Of a stretch of DNA of 64,000 nucleotides, positions 36,077-45,965 are shown one piece after another (within the stretch, counting starts at the first letter, position 1; every line of letters starts with the position of its first letter). The DNA is from Candidatus Shapirobacteria bacterium. Lineage in GTDB: Bacteria > Patescibacteriota > Microgenomatia > UBA12405. A program made the translations under genes and the position numbers. The DNA lies in the NCBI GenBank assembly GCA_041665485.1, contig JBAYIT010000002.1, forward strand, positions 133,867-197,866, in the 5' to 3' direction. Below the pieces are notes generated by a model. That model was not told the origin of the DNA, made no database searches, and worked only from the letters and a program-made list of their open reading frames with translations.

Positions 36077-39000
36077 ATGAACTTCCGCCAGTTAGCTACT
36101 ATCATTATTCTTTTCTTTCTCTTCCCCTCGTTTATCGCCAAAAAGGCTTATGCCGCCAACCGCACTTGGGATGGCGGTGGCGGGGCTAACACCAATTGGT
36201 CAACTGCCGCCAACTGGTTAGACAACACTGTCCCCTTATCTGGCGACGCCGTTATTTTTGACGGCACTTCCTCCAACAACTCAACCATCGACGCCTCGTT
36301 TGCCGGCACCATTACCAGCCTTTCCATCAACGCCGGTTACGGTGGCACTATCACTCAAGAGCGGTCTCTAACCACCAGTGGTGGTTTTACCCAATCCGCC
36401 GGAACCTATACCGCCGCCGCCCAATCGCTTACCGTCAATGCATCACTAACTCTAAACGGTGGCTCCCTGACTGCCTCCTCAGTAACAACTACTATTGGCG
36501 GTAGCTTAGCCTTAAATGGGGGAATATTCAGCCACAACTCCGGTAACATCGTTTTTTCCACTACTAATTCCACCACCATCACTTGTACTGCCGGCCCTCT
36601 AAACACCATCTCCATTAGTAAAGCCAACAGCAGTATTCAAGTTACCATCTCAGCCAATTGTATTGTTAATTTTCCCAGCGCCGATCCCAGTTCAACCGGC
36701 GCCATTATTAACAACGGAACGGTAAATATAACCGGTAACTGGTCACTTACCGGCGATTACACCGCCAACGTCGGATCATCACTAGCCGTCACCGGCACTA
36801 CTCTATCCGCCCGCCATCTTGTCCTAACCGGAGGCGTTTTTCCCCAAGGAATAACCGATATTACCCTCGGTGGCAATCTAACCAATACCGCCAATCTTCT
36901 TCCCAACGGCACCAATCTTATCCTTAATGGCTCCGTCAATAGCACCCTAAATTGTGGCACTGCCACTTTTTCTTCCCTTACCATCAGCAAGGCTGGCTAC
37001 TACGATGTCAATATTTCCAACAATTGTGCTTTTTCTATTGCTGGCACCAATCCCACCTCAACCGGAAAAATAGTCAATAGTGGCAATCTCACTGTTACTG
37101 GTAATTGGACCGTCAACGGCAGTTATCAAAGCGAAACCGGAGGCCAACTTTCCCTGTCGGGCACCGATCTCACCCTCCAAAGAGACCTTGTCATCAATGG
37201 CGGTTCTTTTCCCGCTTCAAAAAACATCATTTTCAGCGGAAATAGTAGCACTGTTCTTACTTGTGCCAACGCCACCTTTAATTCTGTCTCTCTTTCTCAC
37301 GGTTGGAATTACACTATCAGTATTTCCGCCGGTTGCACCGTTCCTCTATCCGGCACTAATCCGACTATTTCCGGCGGAGTCACCAACAATGGTTCGATTG
37401 GCGCCACTGGCAATTTAACTATAGATGGTGGCTACATTCAAAACTCTGGCGCTTCTCTTCAAATTTCTGGCACTTCTCTTTCTATCGGTCATGGAAATTT
37501 AACTCTTTCCGGTGGTTCTTTTCCCCAAAACATCACCACTATTAGTGTTGAAAATGGCGTTGTTGACAACTCCCAAAGTCTCATCCCCAATGGAGTTGAT
37601 CTTACTCTAACTGGGTCAAGTACTAATAATATTTCTTGTGGTAATGCCAACTTCAATAGTATTACTTTAAACAGAACTGTCGGGGGAATCACTCCTGTTA
37701 GTAATTGCAATATCGGCAATCTAACTATCACCACCGGCGTTATCAATAACTCCGCCACCGCTTATTCATACAATATTACTGGAAACTATTCTCAAGCCTC
37801 TCCCGGATCTGTTGGTGGTTCTAATCTTACCCTGGCTTTTACCGGAAGTTTGGCCCAAACTATCTCAAAAGTCGGTGGCACCCTTGCTTCCCCCCTCCAA
37901 ATTAATAAAACTGGCTCAAATGCTCTGTCACTTTCAACTCCGCTTACCACCACTTCAACTTGTACTGTCACTGAAGGTATCTTCAATCTCAATGGCCAGT
38001 TATTTACCTGTGGCTCAACTTTCACCATCGAAGACGGTGGCACTCTTACCTTATTTGGCTCTGAAATACCTACCACTCCTACTCTTGATTCGGGATCAAA
38101 TGTTATCTACAAAGGAAACGGTGGAGAAAATCAAAATGTTTACAAAGTTAAAGCCTGGAATTATTCCAATCTAACTATTAACCCCACCAATAGCCAAGAT
38201 ATCATCACCTCTACCGTCACTGATTATCTCCCCGGTGCTACTTATCGCTATTGGAAATTCGACGACGGAGTCGGAACAAGTACTGTCGACAGTTCCGGAA
38301 ATAGTGTCAATGGAGTTTTACAAAACATGGAGGCCGACGATTGGAATTCATCCATAAAAGCCACCCTGCCCTTCACCAACGGTTATTCGCTCGCCTTCGA
38401 TGGTTCAACCAGCGAACAGGTTGTTGTCAGCGATGCTATCGATCCAACCGCCTATACTATTTGTGCTTGGGTTCGCCCCTCAGACGTTACCAGTACTAGT
38501 ATTATTATAAGATCCGGAGCCGTTCCCACCACCACTTATCAAGACCAAATATTGATTGACTCCAATAGTAAATTCGAATATTACTCCTATGACGGCGCCT
38601 CCGTCAGGGTTGTCGGCACCTCCACCGTCGTCGCCAATCAATGGCACCATGTTTGCGTTTCCGCCCAAAATAACGGTCAAGCCAAACTATACGTCAATGG
38701 TGTCAGCGAAGGCACCCCCGACACCGTCGGCACTCTAGCCACCACCGCCGACCGCTGGGCTATCGGTTCAAATAGTGGTGGGTCTATGGGTTGGTATGCC
38801 GGCTATATCGACGATGTCCGAGTTTACAACACTGTTTTGTCCGACAACCAAATTTATGCCCTTTCTGACATCGGTCCATCAGTTATCAGCGCCATTACTG
38901 TTGGCGGAAACTTCACTATTACCAGTGGAACTTTTATTTCTCCCACCACTTTTAACATCGCCGGCAATTGGTCAAACACCGGCCTCTTTACTCACAATAA

Positions 39001-41239
39001 CGGTTCTGTTGTTTTTACCGGCGGTAACCAAGAAATATCTGGCTCCAACACCTTCTATAACTTCACTAAAAATGTTACTTCTGCTTATACTCTTACTCTC
39101 CCAGGTGATCTAACCAAAACTCAAACTTTTGCCGGTACTCTTGATCTAAGAGGTATTGCCGATCATCTCTTAACTCTCAATTCCTCTCTCCATCAAACTC
39201 AAGCCAAAATCGACCCTCAATCCACCAGATCAGTCCAATACTTGGCCGTCCACGATATTAATAATATTAATTCTACTTCTATTCCCGTTCTTGGCCTTAA
39301 TGTCACTGATTTGGGCAATAACACCGGCTGGGGCTTCAATCAAGCCCCTCAAGGCCCCACCTCTCTTGGCCCGGCCGGCTTTATTAATGGCAATTATTCA
39401 GGCGACACCACCCCTACCCTGGAATTTACTCTTTCCGATCCCGATTCCGCCGATACCGTTAAATATTTAATCGAAATCGACGACTCAAGCAACTACTCTT
39501 CGCCACTTATCAGCTACACTTCAGATCTTGCCCCCCAAGGCTCAACTTCTTTCACCGTTAGCCAAGATCAAGCACTCCCCGAGGGCCAATATTATTGGCG
39601 GGTTAAAGCCGTCGACAACAACGACAATCAAAGTTCATTTACTACCGCCAGTATCGGAGACTCGCCCGCTTTTATCATCGACAACACTGCCCCCACCAAT
39701 CCCGGCAATCCCTCCACCACCTCTCCCACCAACCAAACCACCCAAACCTGGTCGTGGTCTTCAGCCACCGACGCCTTATCGGGTATTGCTTTTTATCTTT
39801 GGCGAATAACCGACAATCTCGGCAATGCTCTCACTAACGGCACCACTGCCCTATCTTCTTTAACTTCAAATCTAACTCAAGGTATTTTTAGTCTCTTTGT
39901 TAAAAGTCAGGATAATGTTGGCCACCAAAGTAGCGAGTCACCAGGCTCTCTTGTCGTCGACACCACCGCCCCCGTCACCACCAGTTCCGGCACCGACACT
40001 TCTTGGCACGACACTCCTGTCACTGTTACTCTGGAATGTTCCGACACTGGTGGTTCAACTTGTGCCAATACCTATTACACCACCAATGGCGCCAATCCCA
40101 CCACCAGCTCCTCAATTGGCACCACCATTGTTTTGTCAGCCGACGGTGTTTATACCATAAAATATTTTTCCAAAGACACCGCCGGCAACAGTGAATCAAT
40201 CAAAACTGCCGCCAATACCGTAAAAATAGACACTACCCCTCCCACTCCTACTCCCACCCAAACTCCGACTCCAACCCCAACTCAAACCCCAACACCAACG
40301 CCAACTCAAACCCCAACTCCCACTTCTGTCCCAACTTCAACCCCAACCCAAATTCCAACACCAACTCAAACTCCCACTGAAACTCCAACTCCAACCCCAA
40401 CATCTAGCATCCAAGATGTTGGATCCAACACTTCCGGCTCTGTTGCCGGTGTTTCAATCAATCAGGCTCCAACTTGCAACAACCAAACCCCCGGCTCCAA
40501 AGCTCCTCACCTATATGGCGCCAGCGCCAATAACCAAAACTCCATTACTCTTTATTTTTCCGGCGCCGACCTACCTTTTGATCACTACGATCTCTCCTTT
40601 GGTCTAAAATCAGGGGAATATTCTTTTGGCGCCACCAATCTCCCCAAAGACATCAGTCAATATCAAGCCAATAATCTTTCTTCCAATACCACCTATTACT
40701 TCAAAATCAGGCCCGGCAATGGTTGTGCCACCGGCAATTGGTCAAATGAAATTTCCGCCACCACTATGTCCAATATTTCTTTAAATCAAATTGAAACAAC
40801 CGCTCTGTCTCTCGAAACTATCCCCCCAAAACCAAACCCTTCGCCAACTCCCAGTTCTAATCCTTCTCCTTCTCCTCCCCAACCCGCCGACTATCAACTC
40901 CAAATCAAAGTTGTCGACAACCTTAAAAAGCCAATTGTTGGCGCTCAAGTTACTATTCATTCCAAAACTCAAAAAGCCTACACCGATGGGCAGGGGATTG
41001 CTCGTTTTACCAATGTCGAGCCGGGAAACCATAGGGTTCTTATTGCCTACAACGACTATCAAGGCGAGCAAAGCCTCTTTCTCACCGGCAACATTCCGCA
41101 AGTTGACATCAATATTTCCATCAAACTCAATCCTGTCTCCATCTCCCGCTTTACTATTATTATTACCACCTCCCTCTCTCTCATAATTGTCCTCCTCGTC
41201 GTCTATATCCTCAAACAAAAAAATAAATTTAAAAATTAG
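36077..41239 (+). CDS. Large surface/adhesin-like protein: signal peptide, beta-helix-like repeats, LamG-like, Ig/Fn3, PT linker, C-terminal TM
   Basis: WDGGG...NWSTAANW; YWKFDDG...QWHHV...IDDVRVYN; YYWRVKAVD; (TP)n; TTYYFKIR; TM followed by basic tail. Confidence 0.85.
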   Translation: MNFRQLATIIILFFLFPSFIAKKAYAANRTWDGGGGANTNWSTAANWLDNTVPLSGDAVIFDGTSSNNSTIDASFAGTITSLSINAGYGGTITQERSLTTSGGFTQSAGTYTAAAQSLTVNASLTLNGGSLTASSVTTTIGGSLALNGGIFSHNSGNIVFSTTNSTTITCTAGPLNTISISKANSSIQVTISANCIVNFPSADPSSTGAIINNGTVNITGNWSLTGDYTANVGSSLAVTGTTLSARHLVLTGGVFPQGITDITLGGNLTNTANLLPNGTNLILNGSVNSTLNCGTATFSSLTISKAGYYDVNISNNCAFSIAGTNPTSTGKIVNSGNLTVTGNWTVNGSYQSETGGQLSLSGTDLTLQRDLVINGGSFPASKNIIFSGNSSTVLTCANATFNSVSLSHGWNYTISISAGCTVPLSGTNPTISGGVTNNGSIGATGNLTIDGGYIQNSGASLQISGTSLSIGHGNLTLSGGSFPQNITTISVENGVVDNSQSLIPNGVDLTLTGSSTNNISCGNANFNSITLNRTVGGITPVSNCNIGNLTITTGVINNSATAYSYNITGNYSQASPGSVGGSNLTLAFTGSLAQTISKVGGTLASPLQINKTGSNALSLSTPLTTTSTCTVTEGIFNLNGQLFTCGSTFTIEDGGTLTLFGSEIPTTPTLDSGSNVIYKGNGGENQNVYKVKAWNYSNLTINPTNSQDIITSTVTDYLPGATYRYWKFDDGVGTSTVDSSGNSVNGVLQNMEADDWNSSIKATLPFTNGYSLAFDGSTSEQVVVSDAIDPTAYTICAWVRPSDVTSTSIIIRSGAVPTTTYQDQILIDSNSKFEYYSYDGASVRVVGTSTVVANQWHHVCVSAQNNGQAKLYVNGVSEGTPDTVGTLATTADRWAIGSNSGGSMGWYAGYIDDVRVYNTVLSDNQIYALSDIGPSVISAITVGGNFTITSGTFISPTTFNIAGNWSNTGLFTHNNGSVVFTGGNQEISGSNTFYNFTKNVTSAYTLTLPGDLTKTQTFAGTLDLRGIADHLLTLNSSLHQTQAKIDPQSTRSVQYLAVHDINNINSTSIPVLGLNVTDLGNNTGWGFNQAPQGPTSLGPAGFINGNYSGDTTPTLEFTLSDPDSADTVKYLIEIDDSSNYSSPLISYTSDLAPQGSTSFTVSQDQALPEGQYYWRVKAVDNNDNQSSFTTASIGDSPAFIIDNTAPTNPGNPSTTSPTNQTTQTWSWSSATDALSGIAFYLWRITDNLGNALTNGTTALSSLTSNLTQGIFSLFVKSQDNVGHQSSESPGSLVVDTTAPVTTSSGTDTSWHDTPVTVTLECSDTGGSTCANTYYTTNGANPTTSSSIGTTIVLSADGVYTIKYFSKDTAGNSESIKTAANTVKIDTTPPTPTPTQTPTPTPTQTPTPTPTQTPTPTSVPTSTPTQIPTPTQTPTETPTPTPTSSIQDVGSNTSGSVAGVSINQAPTCNNQTPGSKAPHLYGASANNQNSITLYFSGADLPFDHYDLSFGLKSGEYSFGATNLPKDISQYQANNLSSNTTYYFKIRPGNGCATGNWSNEISATTMSNISLNQIETTALSLETIPPKPNPSPTPSSNPSPSPPQPADYQLQIKVVDNLKKPIVGAQVTIHSKTQKAYTDGQGIARFTNVEPGNHRVLIAYNDYQGEQSLFLTGNIPQVDINISIKLNPVSISRFTIIITTSLSLIIVLLVVYILKQKNKFKN

Positions 41240-41284
41240 ATATTAAAAATTGTTTAAAAATTTCAAATTAAAAATTTAAAATTG
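41224..41284 (+). repeat. AT-rich dispersed repeat copy
   Basis: TTAAAAATTGTTTAAAAATTTCAAATTAAAAATT core; the tract overlaps the adhesin stop. Confidence 0.75.
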
Positions 41285-41296
41285 ATATCATAACTC

Positions 41297-41890
41297 ATGA
41301 TCTTCATCTTCCACGGTTCCAATTTTACTAAAAGTCGGGGATTGCTCACCAGCCAAATTGCCAAAAGCCCTTCGCCCCCCATTTCCCTTGAGGCCAAGAG
41401 CCTTGATCAAAACCAACTCAATAATCTACTTAGTGGCTCCTCTCTTTTTGCCCTCGAAGAGCCCCTGGTTATTAACAACTTTTTTAGCCTCCCACCACCC
41501 ACTATTCAAAAATTTGCCCCACTCTTTAACCAATCTACCCGTAATATTTATCTTTGGCAAGACAAGGGCTTAACTCTCACTCAACTAAAATTATTCCCTA
41601 AAGCCCAGATCTTTAAAGCCGACACTAGCCGCCAAGTTTGGCAACTCTTAAACGCCATCCGCCCCAAAAATTATGTCGGTTTCGCCCGATTATTTGAGGC
41701 GGTTATCAAAGAAGAACCGCCCGAACTTCTCTTTTATCTCCTCCGCCAGCATCTTCGCAAAAATCTAACTCCAACCTCTCTACCTACCTATCTCTCCCTC
41801 ATTAACGCCGATTACCTCACTAAATCCGGCCAGTCTCAAGTCGAGCCGGTAAACCAAGTCCGCGCCATTTTTGCTGGCCTTCTGCTATGA
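41297..41890 (+). CDS. Short DNA polymerase III delta (HolA)-like protein
   Basis: MIFIFHG...SR, SLF, terminal D..TKSG pattern typical of compact CPR HolA. Confidence 0.55.
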   Translation: MIFIFHGSNFTKSRGLLTSQIAKSPSPPISLEAKSLDQNQLNNLLSGSSLFALEEPLVINNFFSLPPPTIQKFAPLFNQSTRNIYLWQDKGLTLTQLKLFPKAQIFKADTSRQVWQLLNAIRPKNYVGFARLFEAVIKEEPPELLFYLLRQHLRKNLTPTSLPTYLSLINADYLTKSGQSQVEPVNQVRAIFAGLLL

Positions 41891-41897
41891 TTATTTA

Positions 41898-44153
41898 ATG
41901 CCTGATTCGATTCTCTGGTTTAACCAAATTCATCGCACCGATACTCCCTTAGTTGGTGGTAAAGGCGCCAATCTTGGCGAAATGTATAACCTCGGCGTCC
42001 CCGTCCCCAACGGCTTTGTCGTCACCGTTTCCGCTTACCGCCAATTCATTGACCATCACCATCTCGATCAGCAAATTAGCCAGATCATTGCCACTGTTAA
42101 TTTAACCGACCCCGCCGAGCTCCAAGAAGTCTCCCTTCGCATCAAAAAATTAATTAAATCAAAAGCTATTCCCGAAGACTTAGCCATTGCCATCATGAAG
42201 GCCTACAAAAAACTCTGTTCCTACGGTGGACTCCAAAATGTCCCCGTCGCCGTCCGCTCTTCTGCCACCGCCGAAGATTCAGCCGATGCCTCCTTTGCCG
42301 GCCAGCAAGAAACTTTCCTCAATGTTTTGGGCGAAGCCAATGTCATTCATCGTGTCCGCGATTGTTGGGCCAGTCTGTTTACCCCCCGCTCAATTTTTTA
42401 TCGCCATCAGAAGAAAATTAGCCATCTGACTGTTGCCGTCGCCGTTCCTGTCCAAAAAATGGTTGAGTCAGACATTTCCGGCATTTGTTTTACTCAAAAT
42501 CCTGTCAGTGGCGACAAAACCCAAATTATTATTGAAACTGTTTGGGGTCTAGGTGAATATATTGTTCAGGGCATTGTCACCCCCGATCAAACCATTGTTT
42601 CTAAAGACACCTGGAAGATAGTTTCTCACCAAACCGTCAAGCAAACGGTTGAATTCCGTCGTTTCAAAGACAGCAATAAATCATTTTCTACTCCCGCCTC
42701 TCGCCAGCTCAAACGCAAAATATCCGAAAGCCTGGCCATCAAAATTGCCAAAGTAGCCCAAAAACTTCACAATCATTATGGCTGTGGCCAAGACATCGAG
42801 TTTGCCATTAAGGGCAATGAGCTTTTTATTGTTCAAACCCGTCCCATCACCACTATTGCTAATCCCACTTCTACCCCAACTACTCTTCCTCCACCAGATT
42901 TAACCGGTCAAGGTGCCAGTCCCGGTTTTGTTTCCGGCGTCGCTATTCTAGTGGCCCAGCCCAAAAACATTAACTTAGTCAAAAAAGGTCAAATTCTGGT
43001 TACCTCCATGACCAGCCCTGATTTTGTTCCCGCCATGAAAATTGCCGGCGGTATCATCACCGATAAAGGCGGTCAAACCTCCCACGCCGCCATCGTCTCC
43101 CGTGAGCTTGGTGTTCCCTGTGTGGTTGGCACTGAGTCGGCCACCAAATCAATCAAAACCGGCGATATTGTCACCCTCAATGGCTCCACCGGCCAAGTCT
43201 GGTTTAAAGACCTAAAATCTAACATTCAGAATCCAGGATCTAAAATCCAGGATCTAGGATCTAAATTAAAGACAGCCACCAAAGTCTACGTCAATCTCGG
43301 TGAACCCGATCTAGCTTCCGAAATTGCCAAACGCAATGTCGATGGCATTGGCCTTCTTCGGGCCGAATTCATCATGGCCAATATTGGCATTCACCCTAAA
43401 AAAATTATCGCCGATGGTAAACAAAAAGCCTACATCAAAGAACTCTCCGATAATATCGCCAAATTTTGCAAGTCATTTAATCCTCGGCCTGTTATCTACC
43501 GAGCCACCGATTTTAAAACCAACGAATACCGTTATCTTAAATGGGGCAAATTATACGAGCCAGTCGAGCCCAATCCCATGCTTGGCTTCCGTGGCGCCTC
43601 CCGCTATTTGGCCACCCCCGATGTTTTTCAAATGGAGCTTGAAGCTCTTAAAACTGTCAGAAACAAACTAAACCTAAAAAATCTTTGGCTGATGATTCCC
43701 TTTGTCCGCACCGTCCATCAACTCATCGAGGTTAAAAAAATTATTACCACTGCCGGCCTCATCCGCTCGCCCTCTTTTAAAATCTTTTTAATGGTCGAAA
43801 TCCCCAGCAACGTCATCCTTCTCAAAGACTTTGCCAGTGCCGGCATTGATGGCATCTCAATTGGTAGTAACGACTTAACCATGTTAACCCTCGGCCTCGA
43901 CCGCGATAATTCCGAAGTTGCCGCCGATTTTAATGAGCTTGATCCCGCCGTCCTCTGGATGTTGCGCCGCGCTGTTAAAACCGCCAAAAAGCTGGGGATA
44001 ACTAGTAGTATTTGCGGCCAAGCCCCCAGCAATCATCCTGATTTAGTTGAAAAACTCGTCAAGTGGGGGATTACCAGTATCTCCGTTTCCCCCGATGCCA
44101 TCGACCGCACCCGCACCATTGTCTCCTGGGCTGAAAAAAGAAGAATTAAATAG
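41898..44153 (+). CDS. ppsA: Phosphoenolpyruvate synthase
   Basis: VGGKGANLGE, AVRSSATAED..ASFAGQQET, GGQTSHAAIVSRE, GLLRAEF, SIGSNDLT. Confidence 0.97.
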   Translation: MPDSILWFNQIHRTDTPLVGGKGANLGEMYNLGVPVPNGFVVTVSAYRQFIDHHHLDQQISQIIATVNLTDPAELQEVSLRIKKLIKSKAIPEDLAIAIMKAYKKLCSYGGLQNVPVAVRSSATAEDSADASFAGQQETFLNVLGEANVIHRVRDCWASLFTPRSIFYRHQKKISHLTVAVAVPVQKMVESDISGICFTQNPVSGDKTQIIIETVWGLGEYIVQGIVTPDQTIVSKDTWKIVSHQTVKQTVEFRRFKDSNKSFSTPASRQLKRKISESLAIKIAKVAQKLHNHYGCGQDIEFAIKGNELFIVQTRPITTIANPTSTPTTLPPPDLTGQGASPGFVSGVAILVAQPKNINLVKKGQILVTSMTSPDFVPAMKIAGGIITDKGGQTSHAAIVSRELGVPCVVGTESATKSIKTGDIVTLNGSTGQVWFKDLKSNIQNPGSKIQDLGSKLKTATKVYVNLGEPDLASEIAKRNVDGIGLLRAEFIMANIGIHPKKIIADGKQKAYIKELSDNIAKFCKSFNPRPVIYRATDFKTNEYRYLKWGKLYEPVEPNPMLGFRGASRYLATPDVFQMELEALKTVRNKLNLKNLWLMIPFVRTVHQLIEVKKIITTAGLIRSPSFKIFLMVEIPSNVILLKDFASAGIDGISIGSNDLTMLTLGLDRDNSEVAADFNELDPAVLWMLRRAVKTAKKLGITSSICGQAPSNHPDLVEKLVKWGITSISVSPDAIDRTRTIVSWAEKRRIK
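43211..43266 (+). repeat. Eight 7-nt units in frame within the ppsA interdomain linker
   Basis: CCTAAAA TCTAACA TTCAGAA TCCAGGA TCTAAAA TCCAGGA TCTAGGA TCTAAAT. Confidence 0.8.
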
Positions 44154-44154
44154 C

Positions 44155-44403
44155 TTACGCCGCAATCCTAAACCCCTCACTACTTTGTGGTCCGGGACAT
44201 ATCACCCTTTGACCAACCTCCAATCGAGGCACAACACCCTCTCTAACAAGCCTACTCAATCTCCCCCCCGCACACCTTACAGCCTCAAGATCAGTCCTAT
44301 AACACCTAGAGCAACCAACCCCATCATCCCGCTCAACCCAAAAGAGACCTTTCCTACTTGCTGATATTACAGTCATTGGTATTTCTCCTACCATACATGG
44401 CAT
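44155..44403 (-). CDS. Small hypothetical Cys-containing protein
   Basis: Fills the gap between ppsA and rsmI; TATAAC upstream; CSRC motif. Confidence 0.4.
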   Translation of the reverse strand: MPCMVGEIPMTVISASRKGLFWVERDDGVGCSRCYRTDLEAVRCAGGRLSRLVREGVVPRLEVGQRVICPGPQSSEGFRIAA

Positions 44404-44417
44404 ACAACGCTGTTATA

Positions 44418-45065
44418 TCAAAACCTCTCACAAAACACAACGACAGCCTCGCCTCGGGTGTCCCCTCCGACCCCATTACTCACTTTCTCAAACATCTTTG
44501 TCATCTCGCTCACCACCCGAATCTCCGTATTTTCTCCGTAAACAGCCTTTATTTCCACCACCAACTTTTCCACCCGCAAGGGCGATTCGTACACCACCTT
44601 CGCCCCATCTATCTCTTTATATTTTTCCAAAATCTTTTTTCTCTCCCCGTCTTTTTTCGGCAAAAAGCCAAGGTAACTAAATCGGCCCATTGGCAATCCG
44701 GCCAATACTAGGCCGTTTATTACGGCGCTTGCTCCCGGCAGTGCCGTATATTCTAAGTTCTCTTTTTGGCATCGCCGGACCAGTAGCCAGCCCGGATCCG
44801 ACAGCAGGGGAGTGCCGGCATCACTTACCAACCCCACCTCAAGCCCTTCTTTTAAAAAACTTATCACTTGAGGAATTTTTTGCTCCTCCACTTCATCATA
44901 AAAAGAAACTAGTTTTGGTTTATTTTTAATCCCTAAATTTTTCAGCAACAATCCCGTCTTACGGCTATCTTCGCATAGCAATATATCCAGCTTTTCCATC
45001 ACATCGACCGCCCTCAATGTAATATCTTTCATATTCCCAATCGGTGTAGCGATTATGTACAGCAT
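44418..45065 (-). CDS. rsmI: 16S rRNA (cytidine1402-2'-O)-methyltransferase
   Basis: LYIIATPIGN..DITLRA, CEDSR, VSDAGTPLLSDPG, YESP.R. Confidence 0.95.
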   Translation of the reverse strand: MLYIIATPIGNMKDITLRAVDVMEKLDILLCEDSRKTGLLLKNLGIKNKPKLVSFYDEVEEQKIPQVISFLKEGLEVGLVSDAGTPLLSDPGWLLVRRCQKENLEYTALPGASAVINGLVLAGLPMGRFSYLGFLPKKDGERKKILEKYKEIDGAKVVYESPLRVEKLVVEIKAVYGENTEIRVVSEMTKMFEKVSNGVGGDTRGEAVVVFCERF

Positions 45066-45551
45066 TTAAAATTCCTCCACTACTTTTACTTCACTTTCTA
45101 ACACCTCTCCACCTTCTTTTTCAAACACGTAGTGTCCTCTTATTTTTTCGCCGGCAAAAAGTCGGGGTAAAAATTCTCTATCCGACTTCCACATTTCCCC
45201 ATACGGCACTTCCTCAACCTTAAACCACCTCGGCGCCATTTCTTCTGTCTCAGTCGGTTCTCCCTCCCATTCACTTACCAAAAAGGCGTGCATAATCGCC
45301 TCCATTTCTTCTTGCTTTAAGACAAAATGAAATTCTCCTCGTTTTTCCATTTTAGTAACTTCTACCCCAAATTCCTCACCAACTTCTCTTTTGGCCGCAC
45401 CATCCAAAGTCTCGCCAACATCCGGCTTTCCTCCCGCCCCATTCCATAAACCATTACCAAAGCCTCTTTTCTTCATCCCCAAACAAACTTCACTTATCCT
45501 CTCTCCATCTCTCCTAACCAAAAAACAATTAGTAAATATTTTTTCCGTCAT
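45066..45551 (-). CDS. 8-oxo-dGTP diphosphatase (MTH1-like NUDIX)
   Basis: LGMKKRGFG.GLWNGAGGK, REVGEE, ETEEMAPRWF, MW..D. Confidence 0.88.
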   Translation of the reverse strand: MTEKIFTNCFLVRRDGERISEVCLGMKKRGFGNGLWNGAGGKPDVGETLDGAAKREVGEEFGVEVTKMEKRGEFHFVLKQEEMEAIMHAFLVSEWEGEPTETEEMAPRWFKVEEVPYGEMWKSDREFLPRLFAGEKIRGHYVFEKEGGEVLESEVKVVEEF

Positions 45552-45562
45552 TTATTTTTATT

Positions 45563-45910
45563 TTAAATTTTCGAACTCGAAGCAATTTTGCTAAATATCA
45601 ACGTCAACTCTTTTCCCTCTTGCCACAAAACTCTTATCTTATTTTTAATACCCTCATCAACCACACCTGCTAATAATCTCAACCAATAAATTGTCTCTTT
45701 TGCTTCTTTTTTGCAAATATGAATCTTTGATTTAAAATCCGTTTTACTTGTTGCTCCATTAGCTTCGTTATAATTTGCCCCAACGCTTGTACCCGATCTC
45801 AACAGCTGTTTAACGATATTTTCGTTGGTTAATGTTATTTTAACTATTCCACATAGCTTGATTAGATCTTCCGAAAATTTTATCGTCCTCTCTTCCAAGT
45901 CGTATTCCAT
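45563..45910 (-). CDS. Four helix bundle protein (TIGR02436 / 23S rRNA IVP, bAvd-like fold)
   Basis: DLEERT..F, QLLRSGTSVGANYNEA, CKKEAKET.YWL. Confidence 0.93.
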   Translation of the reverse strand: MEYDLEERTIKFSEDLIKLCGIVKITLTNENIVKQLLRSGTSVGANYNEANGATSKTDFKSKIHICKKEAKETIYWLRLLAGVVDEGIKNKIRVLWQEGKELTLIFSKIASSSKI

Positions 45911-45965
45911 TTAAAATTTGATATTAAAAATTGATTAAAAATTAAAAATTTCAAATTAAAAATTA
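45911..45965 (+). repeat. AT-rich dispersed repeat copy directly upstream of the four-helix-bundle gene
   Basis: 42 nt (45924-45965) identical to 51296-51337. Confidence 0.85.

Noticed and set aside
40234-40400. Tandem DNA repeat as a separate element
   Set aside because: Explained by a Pro/Thr linker with synonymous codon variation.
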